DNA of 64,000 nucleotides from Eubacteriales bacterium (GCA_045580305.1 JAZNNQ010000054.1:46371-110370), one strand, 5' to 3'. Shown: positions 37,351-47,834, counted from the first letter of the stretch. Notes: a model not told the origin generated them from the sequence alone. Translations and numbers: made by a program.

Positions 37351-39159
37351 ATGAAAAAAGTTGTTTCATTATTACTCTGTTTAACAATGCTTGTGAATTT
37401 TGCCTTTGCGGCGAGCAACATATCACTTGCCCAGACTCTTGCTGAGGATTTAAAGGAACTTAACCTGTTCTTCGGCGTATCGGGGGATAATAACTTCGAC
37501 CTTGAGCGTGCACCTACCCGCGTTGAGGCACTTGTTATGCTTATTCGCGTGTTGGGTAAGGAGGGCGAGGCCCTTGACGGTACTTGGCAGCATCCATTTA
37601 CCGATGTGCCCGCTTGGGCGGATAAGTATGTGGGCTACGGCTACGAGCACGGACTTGCAAACGGTGTGGGTTACACCACCTTCGGTACAGGTCGTGCAAA
37701 TGCGGCTATGTATCTTACCTTCGTGCTTCGCGCGCTGGGTTATACCGAGGCGGCAGACGGCTTTACCTGGGATAAACCATTTGACCTTGCCCGTCAGGTA
37801 GGAATTCTCACAAATCAGGTAGATACAACAAACTTCCTCCGTGCGGATGTTGTTCTTGTTTCCTACGCGGCACTTGCTGTAAATCTTAAGGGGCAGGAAA
37901 ACACCCTTGCAGAGAAATTAATATCCGCAGGAGTGTTTACCCAGGGCGTATTCGATGCATATTATGACGAAACTGCTCTTGCAACGGTGAGTAGCGACAT
38001 GGCACTGAATGCAGAACAGATATACGCGAAATGTTCACCCGCGGTTTTCTATATCGAGGTTTGTGATGCAAGCGGAACTGCCACCGGCAGCGGTAGTGGA
38101 TTCTTTATATCAAGCGACGGTACTGCGGTTACAAATTACCATGTTATCGAAGGAGCGTCCTCTGCAAAGATCACTATTTCCGACACCCAGAAGACCTACA
38201 ATGTAAAGGGTGTGCTCAACTATAACAAGGCTCAGGACTGGGCGGTTATCAAGGTAGACGGCGGAAACTTCCCCTATATGGAGATCGGCGCGGCAGAGAC
38301 TATCGTCGGCGGAACAGAGATTTTTGCAATTGGTAGCCCGTTAGGCCTGCAGAACACCATTTCTCAGGGCATTATCTCAAATACTCAGCGTGTGATAAAC
38401 GGTACAGCGTACATACAGATTACCGCGGCAATTTCACACGGCTCCTCGGGCGGCGCGCTTATCAACAAATACGGTCAGGTAATCGGTATTACCAGTGCAT
38501 CCATTGAATCCGGTCAAAGCCTTAACCTGGCGGTACCGGTAAGCAAGGTTAAAGATTATGAGGGTAAAGTCATTAAGCCTTTAAGCTCATTGGGATCGGG
38601 AAGCTCCGCTTCTTCCACCCCGTCTTCATCTTCAGGAACGACCGGTAGTCAAAATAGCACAAATAGCGCGTATAATGTTCTCTACGCAATTGCGACCGAG
38701 CACGCCACCTTTAGAGAAGGCGACTTTACGAGCTGGCACGGAACCCGCGACGGCGGTACAGAAGAGCTGCATATAGTTTACAACAGCAGTTATGATATGC
38801 TGTTTGCTATATATACATTCCACCACGATGGCGGCGGTGAAAGTGAAGCGTCCGTACTGTTTTCCAAAGAGCTTACAACCGACGAATTCATATATGAATA
38901 TACTTCAAGCTATGGAACAGAAGACTATAAATGCAGCGCAACCTTTAACCGACGCGATGTGAATGCGGAGTTCAGCACTGCTATTCAAGATAGAGAATAT
39001 AGCGGATATCTCCCCGCGAACGAAATAGCAAACTACGATGAAATGGCGTTTTTGGCAACCTGGCTTTGCCTGAATATGGTAGACGAAACTATGCGCATCT
39101 TTACAGACGGCGAATGGAGTATTGCTGATTTAGGCTATGTAAATCTGTACGAAGAATAA
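37351..39159 (+). CDS. Secreted trypsin-like (S1C/HtrA-like) serine protease with an SLH-like N-terminal region and an unassigned C-terminal domain
   Basis: Signal peptide, an SLH-like segment (FTDVPAWADKYVGYGYEHGLANG), a protease core (TNYHV ... GSSGGALIN), a Ser/Thr-rich linker and about 190 aa of unknown sequence. Confidence 0.75.
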   Translation: MKKVVSLLLCLTMLVNFAFAASNISLAQTLAEDLKELNLFFGVSGDNNFDLERAPTRVEALVMLIRVLGKEGEALDGTWQHPFTDVPAWADKYVGYGYEHGLANGVGYTTFGTGRANAAMYLTFVLRALGYTEAADGFTWDKPFDLARQVGILTNQVDTTNFLRADVVLVSYAALAVNLKGQENTLAEKLISAGVFTQGVFDAYYDETALATVSSDMALNAEQIYAKCSPAVFYIEVCDASGTATGSGSGFFISSDGTAVTNYHVIEGASSAKITISDTQKTYNVKGVLNYNKAQDWAVIKVDGGNFPYMEIGAAETIVGGTEIFAIGSPLGLQNTISQGIISNTQRVINGTAYIQITAAISHGSSGGALINKYGQVIGITSASIESGQSLNLAVPVSKVKDYEGKVIKPLSSLGSGSSASSTPSSSSGTTGSQNSTNSAYNVLYAIATEHATFREGDFTSWHGTRDGGTEELHIVYNSSYDMLFAIYTFHHDGGGESEASVLFSKELTTDEFIYEYTSSYGTEDYKCSATFNRRDVNAEFSTAIQDREYSGYLPANEIANYDEMAFLATWLCLNMVDETMRIFTDGEWSIADLGYVNLYEE

Positions 39160-39161
39160 AG

Positions 39162-39203
39162 AAAAAGCCTTTGGGTTAAATCTTTAACCCAAAGGCTTTT
39201 TTT
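39162..39203. terminator. Bidirectional intrinsic terminator
   Basis: 15-bp stem AGCCTTTGGGTTAAA/TTTAACCCAAAGGCT flanked by an A-run and a T-run. Confidence 0.85.
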
Positions 39204-39786
39204 ATGCCATTACAAAGAGGTTTGACATCAAAATGTCCTTATACATATTGCGGATCGCGGGGATCATTTTTTCGATGGCTTTTTTGGTCTTATAGCATTC
39301 GTTAATAACACCAAGCAGGCCGTTACACAAGAGAGTTGCGGTCATTGCGGCGGGATATTTCGCCTTGACCTTTTCGCTATGACGCTCAATGTAGCTCTCA
39401 ACGCTGTGGAATACATACTGATAAAACGCGGAGAAAAGGTAGGGGTTTTTATCCGAGGAGACCATCTCGAAAAAGTCAGGATGGTTTATGTACAGATGTA
39501 AAATACTGTCCAGCATATTGAAATAGCCCACAAGCACATTGCGCTTGGGATTATTTTCATCCTGCATACGGTAGTAGTCCTCCACCGCTTCTCTGTGATA
39601 ATCCTCCATAATTTCGGATACCAGGGAATACTTGTCGTCATAATAGGTGTAGAAGGTAATTCGGCTGGTTTCCGCCTTTTTGCAGAGGCCGGTTACATTG
39701 ATTTTCTCAAAAGGAATACGGCGGAGAAGGGAAACCATGGTTTCTTTTAAGTTGCGCTTGGTTTTGGTGATGCGCTTGTCCTCCAC
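39202..39786 (-). CDS. TetR/AcrR family transcriptional regulator
   Basis: N-terminal HTH region (KTKRNLKETMVSLLRRIPFEKINVTGLCKKAETSRITFYTYY). I prefer the GTG at 39786, with AGGAG 8 nt upstream, over the TTG at 39804. Confidence 0.8.
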   Translation of the reverse strand: MEDKRITKTKRNLKETMVSLLRRIPFEKINVTGLCKKAETSRITFYTYYDDKYSLVSEIMEDYHREAVEDYYRMQDENNPKRNVLVGYFNMLDSILHLYINHPDFFEMVSSDKNPYLFSAFYQYVFHSVESYIERHSEKVKAKYPAAMTATLLCNGLLGVINECYKTKKAIEKMIPAIRNMYKDILMSNLFVMA

Positions 39787-39942
39787 TTTAATCACTCCTA
39801 ACAAAATTTCAAAACTGTATAAATATTACTATCCTATAAAAAAAGTGTCATTGTTATGAAAAAAACACTATGCTAATATAAAGATATTATAACACTTGTT
39901 AAAATAACTTTCAAGCAATTTGTGAAAAAAGAGGTTAAATTT

Positions 39943-40770
39943 ATGTTAAGAGTCATTGTCGATTCGGGCAGCAGCATTAAGCCTGAGGAAAAAGAAAGAT
40001 ACGGTGTGGACATCATTCCGTTACATATAAACTTAAACGGTAAGGAGTATCGCGACGGAATTGACCTGTCAAATGACGAGTTTTACAAGGCGCTTACCGT
40101 GGATAAGATATTTCCAAAGACATCACTGCCCTCAATGGCGCTGGTTGAGGATATGATAAACGGCTATGTGGCGCAGGGCGATGATGTTATTTATTTGGCG
40201 CTGTCCTCAGGACTTTCCGGCACATATAACACAATAAGAATGATTTTTGAGGACAATCCCAAGGTTAAGGTAATCGACTCTAAAAGTGCGGCAGGTGGTC
40301 TCAGAATACTGGTGGACGAAATAAATAAGGACAGAAGCCGTAGCTTAGATGAGCTTGAGGAGCGACTTCTGGATATTATTCCCCGAATTCAACTGTTTGC
40401 AATTCCCGAGACATTAGAGTATTTATACCGTGGCGGCCGCCTTTCAAAGACCGGGTATTTTATCGGCGGAATGCTTGGAATTGTGCCCATAATTGCCATT
40501 ACTGACGGCGGTGCAGTTGCTGCAGGCAAAAAACGCGGTGTAAAAAATGCAAAGCAGTTTATTTTTGACAAAATCGAGGAGCTTGGCGTTGACCGTGACC
40601 ACTCAATAATTGCGGAATATTCCTATACAAGAGGGAATGTGGAGGAATTGGTAAGCGAGCTTAAGGATGAATACAAGGCATTAATTTCCGCCTATGACGA
40701 CTTAAGTCCCACCATTGCAAGCCACTGGGGCCCCAATGCCTTTGGTCTTTTCTTCGTATCAAATAAATAA
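39943..40770 (+). CDS. DegV family fatty-acid-binding protein
   Basis: Typical DegV start MLRVIVDSGSS and length. It is divergent from the TetR gene. Confidence 0.85.
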   Translation: MLRVIVDSGSSIKPEEKERYGVDIIPLHINLNGKEYRDGIDLSNDEFYKALTVDKIFPKTSLPSMALVEDMINGYVAQGDDVIYLALSSGLSGTYNTIRMIFEDNPKVKVIDSKSAAGGLRILVDEINKDRSRSLDELEERLLDIIPRIQLFAIPETLEYLYRGGRLSKTGYFIGGMLGIVPIIAITDGGAVAAGKKRGVKNAKQFIFDKIEELGVDRDHSIIAEYSYTRGNVEELVSELKDEYKALISAYDDLSPTIASHWGPNAFGLFFVSNK

Positions 40771-40776
40771 AAAGAT

Positions 40777-40811
40777 ACCCCCGTTGCTTCACGCAACGGG
40801 GGTGTTTTTTA
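40777..40811. terminator. Bidirectional intrinsic terminator
   Basis: 11-bp stem ACCCCCGTTGC/GCAACGGGGGT with a 5-nt loop and a T-run. Confidence 0.85.
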
Positions 40812-40816
40812 TTTAT

Positions 40817-41872
40817 TTACTGAGCGGGGGTGGTTGAGGTTGAAACCTCAGGGAAGAAGGATACCATATCGATCTTGTCGTAAGCTTCATTTGTCTCTGC
40901 GGGGAGAGTCTCGATAGTCTGAGCAAGCTCCCAGCTGAATGACATATTTGCGTAGTAGGGATAGTAGGTATCCATATTCTCGCGGATATATGCATCGTCT
41001 AAGGGGAGACGCTTGATGATGTGGAAGCCGTAACTGGTCTGTACAAGACCGCTGTTCTGGCCAACCTGAAGAGCCCAGGAAGCCTCGGTAAATTCGGTAA
41101 CCATCTGGCTGCCGGAGGTGTCCATTGTATAACCCTGCTTGTCAAATACATAACCGTCGGGCTGACTTGTCATACCCGGGTCTTCATTGACCTCTTTGAT
41201 AAGTGCGGTGAAGTCCTCACCTGCATTTACACGAGCAAGAGTAGCCTCGGCCTTTGCCTTCTTTTCAGCAAAGTCGGTGGAATTCTGCTGAGCCTGGATG
41301 AGAATGTGAACAACACGGATGCAGTTGCCGGTCATATCGGAAATGATCTCGTCCTCAGCAACCGCGTGAACGCCGCCTTCGCTGTAAACCGCGGTGTAGA
41401 GCTTGTTTGCAAGAGTGTTATTCTCGTTGATGTAGTCGTAAACCTCTTCGGTCATATTGCTCTGCTTTAAAGACTCAACAAACTTTGCGCGGCCGCCTGC
41501 CTGCTCGATATCAGCGTTCTTGTTTTCTTCAATGGTAGCTCTGTCGGCATCGGTCAGCTCGATATTATGCTCTTTTGCCAAGTTCTCTACAGCAAAAAAT
41601 CTCTTAACCTGATATAAGCATTCGTCCTTGATCTGAGACTCTAAGGTAGTGCCATCTTCGCTTGTCTCAGCAAGCGCATCACGGATGGTCTGCTTATCGG
41701 AGACGCCGTAGAAATTCTGATACATTACAGCGGTAGCAACCATATTGTAGAGGTCACTGTCCAATGTTTTGCCGTCAACTTTTCCGTAGCTTTCGCCGCC
41801 GCCACAGCCGGTAAAGAGAGTGACCAGCATAGCGCAGGAAAGAAAAAGCGCTAAAATTTTTGTTTTCTTCAT
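40817..41872 (-). CDS. PrsA/SurA-like peptidylprolyl isomerase lipoprotein (parvulin type)
   Basis: Signal peptide with the lipobox LFTGC (start MKKTKILALF at 41872). It has a SurA_N-like region and a PpiC rotamase segment (...SYGFHIIKRL). Confidence 0.8.
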   Translation of the reverse strand: MKKTKILALFLSCAMLVTLFTGCGGGESYGKVDGKTLDSDLYNMVATAVMYQNFYGVSDKQTIRDALAETSEDGTTLESQIKDECLYQVKRFFAVENLAKEHNIELTDADRATIEENKNADIEQAGGRAKFVESLKQSNMTEEVYDYINENNTLANKLYTAVYSEGGVHAVAEDEIISDMTGNCIRVVHILIQAQQNSTDFAEKKAKAEATLARVNAGEDFTALIKEVNEDPGMTSQPDGYVFDKQGYTMDTSGSQMVTEFTEASWALQVGQNSGLVQTSYGFHIIKRLPLDDAYIRENMDTYYPYYANMSFSWELAQTIETLPAETNEAYDKIDMVSFFPEVSTSTTPAQ

Positions 41873-41965
41873 AATTAAAATTCCCCTTTGAAAATGGATT
41901 GTGTACAACACTTCAATAAGTATAACATATGTACAGCATAAAAAGCAAACAAATTGTAAACTTTA

Positions 41966-44900
41966 TTAATTTTTTGTTGTGGTCTTATAAACCATATCGT
42001 AATTTTCCACGAACTTCTTTGCCGCGCAAATAGCGTCATCCTTACCAAGTCGTAAAGTGAGGAACGGTTCATTGCCGCCGTTGAGTAAAATTTTACCCTT
42101 GTATTCGGGCAGGGCACAAAGTGCGGACACATAGAAAAAGTCGGGATTTACCATCGTTATCTTAAGAGTGTCACCCTTTTGTGATATATCGGAAATTCCC
42201 GCCTCAGCCGCGGAGTTGCGGAGCAGCGCGATGTCCATAAGCCGCAGGGTAGCAGCGGGTGGCTCGCCAAAACGGTCGCAAAGCTCGTCTATTAAATCAT
42301 CCTTGTCCTCTTGGTCAACAAGGGATGCGATCCTGCGGTAAATATCCATCCTCTGCTCGGGCGAGGCGATATATTTTTCCGGAATATTTGCGGAAACCGT
42401 AAGGTCTGCGGAGCATTCGGTGCGACGGGGGACTTCCTTGCCCTGCTCCTCGTTTACCGCTTCTTCAAGAAGTTTTAGATACATATCATAGCCTACCGAG
42501 ATCATATGACCGCTTTGCTGTGCACCTAAGATATTGCCCGCACCGCGGATCTCAAGGTCGCGCATTGCGATTTTAAAGCCTGCGCCGAATTCAGCATATT
42601 CGCGGATGGCGGTAAGACGCTTTTCCGCAACATCGGTTAAAACCTTGCCACGACGATAGGTGAGATATGCATACGCGTGACGGGGAGAACGACCCACCCG
42701 ACCGCGTATCTGGTGCAACTGTGAAAGACCTAATTTGTCCGCGTCTTCTATTATGAGTGTGTTTACATTTGAAATATCAATGCCGGTCTCGATGATTGTA
42801 GTGCAGATAAGCACTTGAATTTCACCGTCGGCCATTCGTGCCATAACATCGGAAAGCTCGCCCTCGTCCATTTTACCGTGAGCAACAGCGACGGAAATAT
42901 CCGGTAAGAGTCGGGTAAGTTTTGAGGCGGTAGCGGAGATGGACTCCACACGGTTGTGCAGATAATACACCTGGCCGCCACGGGCAAGTTCGCGGCGAAT
43001 TGCATCCGCGACAACATTCCAGTCGTGCTCAAAAACATAGGTTTGTACCGGATGTCGGTTACCCGGCGCCTCCTCCAAAATGGACATATCTCGTATGCCG
43101 GAAAGTGCCATATTGAGAGTGCGGGGAATAGGTGTTGCGGTAAGGGTTAAAACATCTATGTTTTTTGAAAGCTCCTTAAGACGCTCTTTGTGGGCAACAC
43201 CGAAGCGTTGCTCCTCATCAACAATAAGGAGACCCAAATTCTTAAATTCCACATTCTTTTGAAGCAGCTTGTGTGTTCCGATAACAAGATCCACCATACC
43301 CGCTTTGACCGCTCTGAGAGTTTCTCTGTTCTGACCGGGTGTACAGAAGCGGGAAAGCTGTGAAATTTTAACCGGATAATTTGCAAACCTGCGCTTTGCG
43401 GTAACAAAATGCTGTTGTGCCAGTACGGTGGTAGGCACTAAAATTGCCGCCTGTTTTCCGCCTAAAATACACTTCATAATTGCGCGCAGAGCCACCTCGG
43501 TCTTACCGAAGCCAACATCGCCGCAAAGAAGACGATCCATAGGCCGCGCCTTTTGCATATCGCCCTTTATTTCTTGAGTGCATTTAAGCTGATCGTCGGT
43601 CTCACGATATTCAAAGCTGTCCTCAAACTCCCGCTGCCAGTTACAGTCCTCAGGGAAGGCATAGCCCGGGGTATTTTCGCGCTCGGCATATAGCTTTATA
43701 AGTTGTTCCGCCAGATCACGGGCAGCACCCTTGGCCTTTGCTTTAGCGCGCTCCCAATCGCCGCCACCCAATCTGCTCAACTTAATGGGCGCATCATCGC
43801 CACCGCCGATATATTTGGAAACCATATCAAGCTGGGTTACCGGCACATAAAGCGCATCGGTGCCCGAGTAGATTATCTTGATATAATCCTTTTCGACCTT
43901 GTCCACAACTATCCGCTCAATACCCGCAAAACGGCCGATGCCGTGCAGATCGTGAACAACAAGACAGCCTACAGACAGATCCTGATAGCTTGCGATTTTC
44001 TGTTGGTTCGTCTTTTTTGATTTCGGTCGCGTCTTACGCTGAGGTGAAGTTAGCGCGCCCTCGGTAAATACCACAAAACGCTCCGACGGCAACTCGAAAC
44101 CCGCGGTGAGTGACCCCTCCGCAAGTATCACCTGTCCGTGTTTCGGCAGAGTGGCAAGTGAAAAATCAATACCCGAGGGAATTTTATGGCGTTTAAGGGC
44201 GTCGGTCAAAAGCTTTGCATTTTCACGCCTGCCGCAAAGGACCACGATTGCATAGTTGTCCTTTAAATAGGCGCTGATGTCCTCACAAGCAACCTCGATA
44301 TTACCGTTATAGCCGGGCAGTTGTTTTGCCATAACATTGAAAAGTGCGCGCGGGGTCTTGGGGTAGGAGGAGCGTAAGAAGGAATCCATAAATACCGTGT
44401 CTTTTTCAAAAAGACATAGGCTTTTCGCTAAAAAATCACAGCAATCGGGGAGAAGGGTTTCATTTTCAATAAGAGTTTTTATGTCCTCGTTATGACGCTC
44501 TTCATATCGGTCGGTGACCTCCCGAGCCTTATAGTAATCGTCGATAAAGATTATGGCATTTTCAGGTATGAAATCCGCGCCGCAGTAAAATTTATCGTAT
44601 GCAATAGGCAGATATCTGTCTACCGCGGGGAAGGAAAGCCCCTCATTAAGGCGCAGTATATCTTCTGCCACCGTGTTTTTAAGCTCGCCTGTGAGATCAA
44701 GGGCGGAGAGCTTTTCCTTAAGCTTTTCGGTAAGTTGTTTATCAAGGAAGGTTTCAAGAGAGGGTAGAAGGCGCGCATGGTCGCAATTTGCAATTCTGCG
44801 CTGGGAGTCAATGTCAAACTCGCCCATAGAATCGATTTCATCGCCCCAGAATTCAACGCGGATGGGATTTGCCATAGCGGGGGAGAAAAAGTCCAGAATT

Positions 44901-45433
44901 CCGCCGCGTAGAGCGAATTGACCCTGCGCTTCCACCAATTCCACGCGCTTGTAACCAAAATCGGTGAATTTTGAAATTAGGTCGGAAAGGTTGTATTCCT
45001 TTCCCTTGTGCAGGGAAATTTCATTTTTCAACAGGAGCTCCGGCGGCAGTGTGCGTTGTGTCAGCGCGGTAAGAGAGGTCAGCACGATGGGCGCTGAATT
45101 TGTCGCCATGGAGTAAAGGGTGGAGATTCGGCCGTGTTCCCATTCGTGGGATGCTCGCTCCACATTGTAAAAGGTAAATTCACGGGTCAGGAGAAGATGC
45201 GCCTGCTCCTGAGACAGCAGCTGAATATCCGAAACACCACCGCGAGCGGCAAAATCGTCCTCGAAAATGCAGACTATCGGCCTGCCGGTCAAGCGGCGTG
45301 CAGCGGCGATAAGCTGCGCCTTATGTATGCGAGAAAGGCCGGAGACCACGATCGGGCATTCTCCGGCTGTTAATTTTGTAAATATTTCTTTTGTTTCTCC
45401 CGCATTGTGCAGAAGTGTGGATAAGGAAAGCAT
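41966..45433 (-). CDS. mfd: Transcription-repair coupling factor
   Basis: 1155 aa with an UvrB-homology N-terminus, superfamily 2 helicase motifs (GDVGFGKTEVA, DEEQRFG) and a TRCF C-terminal domain. Confidence 0.96.
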   Translation of the reverse strand: MLSLSTLLHNAGETKEIFTKLTAGECPIVVSGLSRIHKAQLIAAARRLTGRPIVCIFEDDFAARGGVSDIQLLSQEQAHLLLTREFTFYNVERASHEWEHGRISTLYSMATNSAPIVLTSLTALTQRTLPPELLLKNEISLHKGKEYNLSDLISKFTDFGYKRVELVEAQGQFALRGGILDFFSPAMANPIRVEFWGDEIDSMGEFDIDSQRRIANCDHARLLPSLETFLDKQLTEKLKEKLSALDLTGELKNTVAEDILRLNEGLSFPAVDRYLPIAYDKFYCGADFIPENAIIFIDDYYKAREVTDRYEERHNEDIKTLIENETLLPDCCDFLAKSLCLFEKDTVFMDSFLRSSYPKTPRALFNVMAKQLPGYNGNIEVACEDISAYLKDNYAIVVLCGRRENAKLLTDALKRHKIPSGIDFSLATLPKHGQVILAEGSLTAGFELPSERFVVFTEGALTSPQRKTRPKSKKTNQQKIASYQDLSVGCLVVHDLHGIGRFAGIERIVVDKVEKDYIKIIYSGTDALYVPVTQLDMVSKYIGGGDDAPIKLSRLGGGDWERAKAKAKGAARDLAEQLIKLYAERENTPGYAFPEDCNWQREFEDSFEYRETDDQLKCTQEIKGDMQKARPMDRLLCGDVGFGKTEVALRAIMKCILGGKQAAILVPTTVLAQQHFVTAKRRFANYPVKISQLSRFCTPGQNRETLRAVKAGMVDLVIGTHKLLQKNVEFKNLGLLIVDEEQRFGVAHKERLKELSKNIDVLTLTATPIPRTLNMALSGIRDMSILEEAPGNRHPVQTYVFEHDWNVVADAIRRELARGGQVYYLHNRVESISATASKLTRLLPDISVAVAHGKMDEGELSDVMARMADGEIQVLICTTIIETGIDISNVNTLIIEDADKLGLSQLHQIRGRVGRSPRHAYAYLTYRRGKVLTDVAEKRLTAIREYAEFGAGFKIAMRDLEIRGAGNILGAQQSGHMISVGYDMYLKLLEEAVNEEQGKEVPRRTECSADLTVSANIPEKYIASPEQRMDIYRRIASLVDQEDKDDLIDELCDRFGEPPAATLRLMDIALLRNSAAEAGISDISQKGDTLKITMVNPDFFYVSALCALPEYKGKILLNGGNEPFLTLRLGKDDAICAAKKFVENYDMVYKTTTKN

Positions 45434-45441
45434 ACTATACC

Positions 45442-46071
45442 TCAGTTTATAAGACTTGCTACCTTTTCAATACCTTGTGTAAGTAATGTCGGTACCGCGT
45501 TTATCCCGCGGTCAATGGTGGTGGAAAGCTCCTTCTGCTCGCTCGCGCTGAAGGCGCCGAGTACCCAATCAACCACATCATAGTCGGGATGAGGAGGTGC
45601 GCCAACACCGATTTTAATTCGCGGGAAAATATCAGTATTAAGAAGCTGAATGATGCTTTTGATGCCGTTGTGACCGCCGGCACTGCCCTTTGCACGGGCG
45701 CGAAGCTTGCCCACGGGCAGGGAAATGTCGTCATACAGCACAAGAATACGATCGTTTGGGATTTTATAAAATTTTGCTGCCGCGCTTACCGCCTCGCCCG
45801 ATAAATTCATAAAGGTCTGAGGCATCATGAGAAGAACCGGCACACCCGCGATTACACCTTGGCCGCAAAGAGCCTTGAACTTAAGGGTTTTTACCGGGAT
45901 ATTATGTATGCCCGCCAAGGTCTCAAGGGCGATAAAGCCCGCGTTATGACGGGTAAGTTCGTACTTCTTGCCCGGGTTGCCCAGTCCCACAATGAGCCAT
46001 TGTGGCGGGCCGGCGGGAGTTTTTGCCTTTTTTTCCGCATCCAAGCGGCGAAAGATATCCATAATTGACAT
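45442..46071 (-). CDS. pth: Peptidyl-tRNA hydrolase
   Basis: Motif VGLGNPGKKYELTRHNAGF. It carries an N-terminal extension of about 25 aa, so the start is uncertain. Confidence 0.9.
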   Translation of the reverse strand: MSIMDIFRRLDAEKKAKTPAGPPQWLIVGLGNPGKKYELTRHNAGFIALETLAGIHNIPVKTLKFKALCGQGVIAGVPVLLMMPQTFMNLSGEAVSAAAKFYKIPNDRILVLYDDISLPVGKLRARAKGSAGGHNGIKSIIQLLNTDIFPRIKIGVGAPPHPDYDVVDWVLGAFSASEQKELSTTIDRGINAVPTLLTQGIEKVASLIN

Positions 46072-46086
46072 AAATTTTGTCCTCTT

Positions 46087-46800
46087 TTATTTTTTCTGTG
46101 CCTTTTTCTTTTTGAAGATCTTACCCGCCGCATCCTGAAGGGTGGTCTGACGAGGGCGGGAGATAGCCATCGCACCGTCGGGCACATTTTCGTGCACCGT
46201 AGTGCCTGCCGCAATAAGAGTGTCACGGCCGATAGTGACCGGTGCGATAAGGTTTGAATTACAGCCCACAAAAGCGTTGTCACCGATGATGGTTTTATGC
46301 TTGACTACGCCATCATAATTTACGGTGATAGTTCCGCAACCCATATTTACATTTTCACCCATTTCGGTATCACCGATATAAGTAAGGTGTGACATTTTGC
46401 TTCCGTTTTTGATAATCGAGTTCTTAAGTTCCACAAAATTGCCGATACGGCAACCCTCGCCCACCTGACAATGCTCGCGTATATGAGCGAAGGGGCCTAC
46501 AGTGGTACGACTTCCCACCGAGCTGTCGTAAATCTGCGCGCTGTTTACGGTGACCTCGTCACCTATAACGCCGTTACAGATTATCGTGTTGGGGCCTATG
46601 GTACAGTTTTTGCCGATTTTACTACCTTTAAGAAGGATTACACCGGGGAGAATGGCAGTACCCTCACCAATTTCAACATCTGCGTCTATATAAGAGCTCA
46701 TGTCCGCAAAAATTACACCCTGTGCAAGGTGTTTTGCTATTGCGGCTTCACGCTCTGCCTCTTTTTCCTTAAGTGCGGAAATAGATTTATATGTTTTCAT
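46087..46800 (-). CDS. Left-handed beta-helix acetyltransferase resembling only the C-terminal half of GlmU
   Basis: 237 aa from the ATG at 46800 (AGGAGG upstream). Hexapeptide repeats run throughout. No N-terminal nucleotidyltransferase domain is present in this ORF. Confidence 0.65.
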   Translation of the reverse strand: MKTYKSISALKEKEAEREAAIAKHLAQGVIFADMSSYIDADVEIGEGTAILPGVILLKGSKIGKNCTIGPNTIICNGVIGDEVTVNSAQIYDSSVGSRTTVGPFAHIREHCQVGEGCRIGNFVELKNSIIKNGSKMSHLTYIGDTEMGENVNMGCGTITVNYDGVVKHKTIIGDNAFVGCNSNLIAPVTIGRDTLIAAGTTVHENVPDGAMAISRPRQTTLQDAAGKIFKKKKAQKK

Positions 46801-46896
46801 TTTTATTTCCTCCTTTTGTAAATTTATTATAACAATTATTATAAAGATTTGCAATTATTAATAAAAGAATGTATAATGTAAAATTGGAAAGGTGGG

Positions 46897-47832
46897 TTGG
46901 TAGCCGTGTTAAAGATTTCCGTAACACAAACAAAGGACATACTGATATCTCACGAAGCGGTGGATAAGCTGCTTGATATAAAGGACGAGGTAGCTCTTCG
47001 TTTGTATATTTATCTTGCACAAAAGGGTGCGGGCTTTGACGCGCAAGCGGCGGCTGACCGACTGGGAACCTCTGTGGATAAAATTTTGGCCGCGGTGGAT
47101 TTACTTTATGCAAAAGGCGTAATCAAAAAGGACGACGGCAAGCTTTTGGAGCGTCCCGATACTATTCCCGAATACACCGCAGGTGATGTTACAAATATGC
47201 TTGAAAAGGACAAGGACTTTTCCGAGCTGCTTGATTTCACACAGCAGAAGCTTGGGAAAATGCTGTCCACCGTTGACACACAGACTCTCCTCGGCATTTA
47301 TAATTGGATGGGTCTGCCTGTCGAGGTAATTTGCCTTATTATAACCTATTGTACAGAACAGCTTAAGAAAAAATACGGCGAAGGTCGTCGCCCGTCAATG
47401 AAAAATATTGAAAACCAGGCACGACTCTGGCTCAATATGGGTATTTTAACCGTGGAGCAGGCGGAGGATTACCTTAGCACTCAGGAAATTCGTGGCACAA
47501 AAATCGCATCTCTTGCACGCCTGCTGCATCTCAGCGGCCGCGCGCTGTCTACTACCGAGAACAAGTATTTAAGTGCTTGGGCGGACGCGGACTATTCCGA
47601 GGAGCTTATTTTAGAGGCATATGATGTGACCACAGTACAGACCGGAAAGCTCACTTGGCGCTATATGGACAAGGTGCTTAAAAACTGGGAAAATGACGGA
47701 TATAAGAGCAAGGCTGATATAGAAAGCGCTAAAAAGACCGATACCGCTGACGGCTTCAAGATGAGCCGTGAGCAGTTGGAGGCTTTTAAGAGAGCGGAAG
47801 AACTTAATAAAAAGTGGGGAAGTGAAGATTAA
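46897..47832 (+). CDS. DnaD-domain replication initiation/primosome protein
   Basis: DnaD-like C-terminal repeat (...TLLGIYNWMGLPVEVICLIITYC...ARLWLNMGILTVEQAEDYL). The start could be TTG at 46897 or GTG at 46906. Confidence 0.75.
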   Translation: MVAVLKISVTQTKDILISHEAVDKLLDIKDEVALRLYIYLAQKGAGFDAQAAADRLGTSVDKILAAVDLLYAKGVIKKDDGKLLERPDTIPEYTAGDVTNMLEKDKDFSELLDFTQQKLGKMLSTVDTQTLLGIYNWMGLPVEVICLIITYCTEQLKKKYGEGRRPSMKNIENQARLWLNMGILTVEQAEDYLSTQEIRGTKIASLARLLHLSGRALSTTENKYLSAWADADYSEELILEAYDVTTVQTGKLTWRYMDKVLKNWENDGYKSKADIESAKKTDTADGFKMSREQLEAFKRAEELNKKWGSED

Positions 47833-47834
47833 AA

